Assembly (NCBI GenBank): GCA_003971905.1
Contig: RSEE01000010.1
Location: 186,001 to 250,000, forward strand
Origin: Moniliella sp. 'wahieum'
Lineage: Eukaryota
Direction: 5' to 3'
DNA length: 64,000 bases
Shown here: positions 61,305 to 64,000 of the stretch, one piece after another
Position numbering within the stretch: position 1 is the stretch's first letter
How the letters are laid out: each line of letters begins with the position of its first letter
Notes under the pieces: generated by a model
What the model was told of the DNA's origin: nothing
Database searches by the model: none
The model's input: the letters and a program-made list of their open reading frames with translations, nothing else
Made by a program: the position numbers and the translations under genes

Positions 61305-62378
61305 ATGGGCATCCTCGATATTGTTCCCGCCGGTGTCGTCCAGGGCAAGGACGTGTACAAGGTGCTTGACTATGCGCGTGAGCACCACTTTGCCATTCCT
61401 GCGTTCAACGTCACCTCTTCCAGCACCGCCGTCGCTGTCCTCGAGGCCGCCCGCGACTCCAAGGCGCCCGTCATGATCCAAGTGTCCAACGGTGGCGCTG
61501 CCTACTGGGCCGGCAAGGGCGTGGACAACAAGCAGCAGAAGGCTTCGATTGAGGGGGCGGTGGCGGCGGCCCACTTTGTGCGCCAGATTGCGCCGCTGTA
61601 CGGCGTGCCGGTGATTATGCACTCGGACCACTGTGCCAAGAAGCTGCTGCCGTGGTTTGACGGTATGCTCGAGGCGGACAAGGCCTACTTCAAGCAGAAC
61701 GGCATCCCGCTCTTTTCGTCGCACATGCTCGACTTGTCGGAGGAGTCGAAGGAGGAGAACATCCAGACGTGCAAAAAGTACCTCAAGGAGATGGCCCCGC
61801 TCGGCATTTGGCTTGAGATGGAGTTTGGCATCACGGGTGGCGAGGAGGATGGTGTGAACAATGAGGGCGCTGCCAAGGAGAAGCTCTTTACCGCCCCCGA
61901 GGACATTTGGGACATTTACCGTGAATTCTCGGAGATCACGCCCAACTTTTCCATTGCCGCTGCGTTTGGTAACTGCCACGGCTCGTACCAGGTGGGCAGC
62001 GTTGTGCTCCGCCCTGACATTTTGCGTGACCACCAAGAGTACGTCAAGAAGCAAACGGGCTCTACCAAGGAGAACCCTGTCTTCCTTGTCTTCCACGGCG
62101 GCTCGGGCTCCACCAAGGAGGAGATCCACACGGCCGTCAAAATGGAGTGGTCAAGATGAACGTGGACACGGACACGCAGTATGCGTACCTCGAAGGCATC
62201 CGCGACTATGTGAACAAGAAGAAGGACTACCTTTCGCAGCAGGTTGGCAACCCCGAGGGGCCCGACAAGCCCAACAAGAAGTACTATGACCCGCGTGTGG
62301 GTGCGCGAGGGTGAGAAGACCATGTCGAAGCGTGTGACTGAGGCGTTCGAGGACCTTGGTACGGTCAACCAGCTCTAA
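61305..62378 (+). CDS. FBA1: Fructose-1,6-bisphosphate aldolase class II, intronless; two apparent small deletions (~62140, ~62297)
   Basis: FAIPAFNVTSSST, HSDHCAKKLLPWFDGML, SSHMLDLSEE, EMEFGITGGEEDGV, FGNCHG, VFHGGSGS, KMNVDTDTQYAY, NKKYYDPR. Confidence 0.96.
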
Positions 62379-63545
62379 GGTGCGATTCATTGGCAATGGC
62401 CTGTGACATGTGACATGTGACACATGACATGTGATCGTGCCGTGGGTCGTCTTGCCCGTGTTACCAAGGCCCCCTAGCTCAATGCATGCATCTCTCAATT
62501 GTCCTTTGTTGCTCAACTCACCCCCTGGACGGGAACGTCATCTTCGACGTTTAAATAGGCCATAGGGCAACCCTTGCTGGTTGAGCGGGCCCACTGGCCA
62601 GTCAAAACTCACTCAGAACACAGAACTTCAGGGGCCGCGGCTTGCGCTTTAAGCTTAACCGGTAACCGGTAACCATTGACCAGCTTGACCGGCCGTTGAA
62701 ATACATGTAGGGCCTATACGCTTAGGACGGGAACGCCTCGCCCTTAAACTCTTAAATTGCTTGCACTTCCCCTCTGCACGGAACGGAACGCATGAACGTC
62801 CTGAACGCACGGCACGAGCGCCGCCGATGGTGTGTGCTTCCATGCGGATATCAGGGTTGATCATTGATCAGGAGTTGGGTTGTTACATGTTACAAGCTGA
62901 GACCCGAGGCTCGGGCCCGAAGACACGAGTTGTTTCGATGAGCCCTCTCCGCAACCGCTTGCGTGTAATGTGTAACGTGTACGGGACACAAAACGTATCT
63001 CAGATCTCAAGTCTACAGCGGGCGATGCTCGATGCAGTCTTTGGCAAATCAAAACGTATCCTGGCAGTGGCACGACGAGAGGGAAGATCGGTGATCCGTG
63101 ATCCGTGATCCGTGATCAATGATCAGTGATCGATAATGAGATCCTGCTTAGGCAGAGAGGAGGGCAACGACAAAAAGACAGAGACAACAAGAGCACAAAG
63201 CCACCACACAGCACACACCACACAGCAAGGGATGGTCTGCCAACGACCGAGGGCAGGGTGCGCCACGACTGGTAAGAGGTTGGAACGTGTCAGGGCGAGG
63301 GCGAGCGATAAGGAAGACAGAGCAGGTATCAGATCGCAGATCGCAGGGGGCACACAGGACCGGCACTTCTGGCACGACGACGCACGACGCACGACGCACG
63401 ACGCGGACGCGGGACGAGGCAAGGTACGCAAGGTACCGAGACCAAGCAAGATAACTGGTACCTGGTGCCCGGTACCTGGTAACTGGTAAGGTAAGGCGCA
63501 AGGCGGGATGGCAGGGCAAGACGCAAGACGCACGCAGCCAATCGA

Positions 63546-64000
63546 TTATACGCGGGAAGCTTGGGGTGGTTTGTGGATCGATTCTGGGGCCGGATGGTCG
63601 CGTAACCGATGAGCAAACTTAGCTTTAGCCTTGAGCTGCAGGCGCATCGGGACTGCTTGCGCTTGCGCTTGCATTTCCATCTCGTCCTTCTCCACAGCGA
63701 CGACGCTCGAGGTGGAAGGGGTGGGACTGGATGCGATGATGGGGCTCGAGGAAACGCTGGGTTGAGGCTCGGTACTTCCAGTCAGGGGTACGGGTACGGG
63801 TTCGGGGACAAGTTCTTCGTCAATGTCGCGAATCGCAGGCCAGGTAGTTAGCTTGGGCTCGGAGCTGGGTGATGCTGTGGGTACCGGGTCCGAGGTAGCC
63901 AGTACTTCGCTCACGTCCTCGTCCGATTCCGGCCGCAAAAGCGCATGCGTCTCAAGTGCGCGCGGGATAATCGGACCAAGGTCAATGTCCGATTCGGGTT
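63546..64000 (-). CDS. 3' end of a hypothetical acidic/Pro-rich protein running off the window edge
   Basis: The frame is open from the window end (PESDIDLGPIIPRALETHALLRPESDEDV...) to TAA at 63546. Confidence 0.45.
   Translation of the reverse strand, partial: PESDIDLGPIIPRALETHALLRPESDEDVSEVLATSDPVPTASPSSEPKLTTWPAIRDIDEELVPEPVPVPLTGSTEPQPSVSSSPIIASSPTPSTSSVVAVEKDEMEMQAQAQAVPMRLQLKAKAKFAHRLRDHPAPESIHKPPQASRV

Noticed and set aside
60693..62129. 478-aa antisense ORF over FBA1, and similar antisense ORFs over RPS22, ADH and the kinase
   Set aside because: Expected shadow ORFs of GC3-rich, codon-biased genes.
49620..62378. ADH plus FBA1 as a fermentation gene cluster
   Set aside because: They are separated by unrelated genes, and I saw no shared regulatory motif.

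Overview
Eukaryotic fungal DNA, most likely a basidiomycete; the low intron density and GH8 gene suggest Ustilaginomycotina (inference). Host genes in order: copper-fist transcription factor, a small 5-exon zinc-ribbon gene with a 4-nt microexon (missed by the ORF track), FYV10/GID9, a Ser/Pro-rich hypothetical protein, divergent RPS22 and RPS17, a bacterial-type GH8 hydrolase divergent from the tRNA ligase TRL1, an intron-containing tRNA-Gly(GCC), a DUF1765 protein, a probable double Sec14/CRAL-TRIO protein, ADH, a UPF0643-like protein, a group III hybrid histidine kinase and FBA1. Mobile DNA: one very young, intact Ty1/Copia element (identical 160-bp LTRs, GACTT target duplication, gag-UAG-pol in one frame, non-canonical primer site) and two inverted ~850-bp solo-LTR-like elements, each with its own 5-bp target duplication. 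Many host ORFs are broken by 1-2 nt indels in homopolymers, most likely long-read assembly errors. The most unusual signal is intergenic: most gene boundaries carry mosaics of 7-bp-period repeats of the form T-N-A plus a 4-bp palindrome, and all 12 G/C-containing palindromic tetramers are used.
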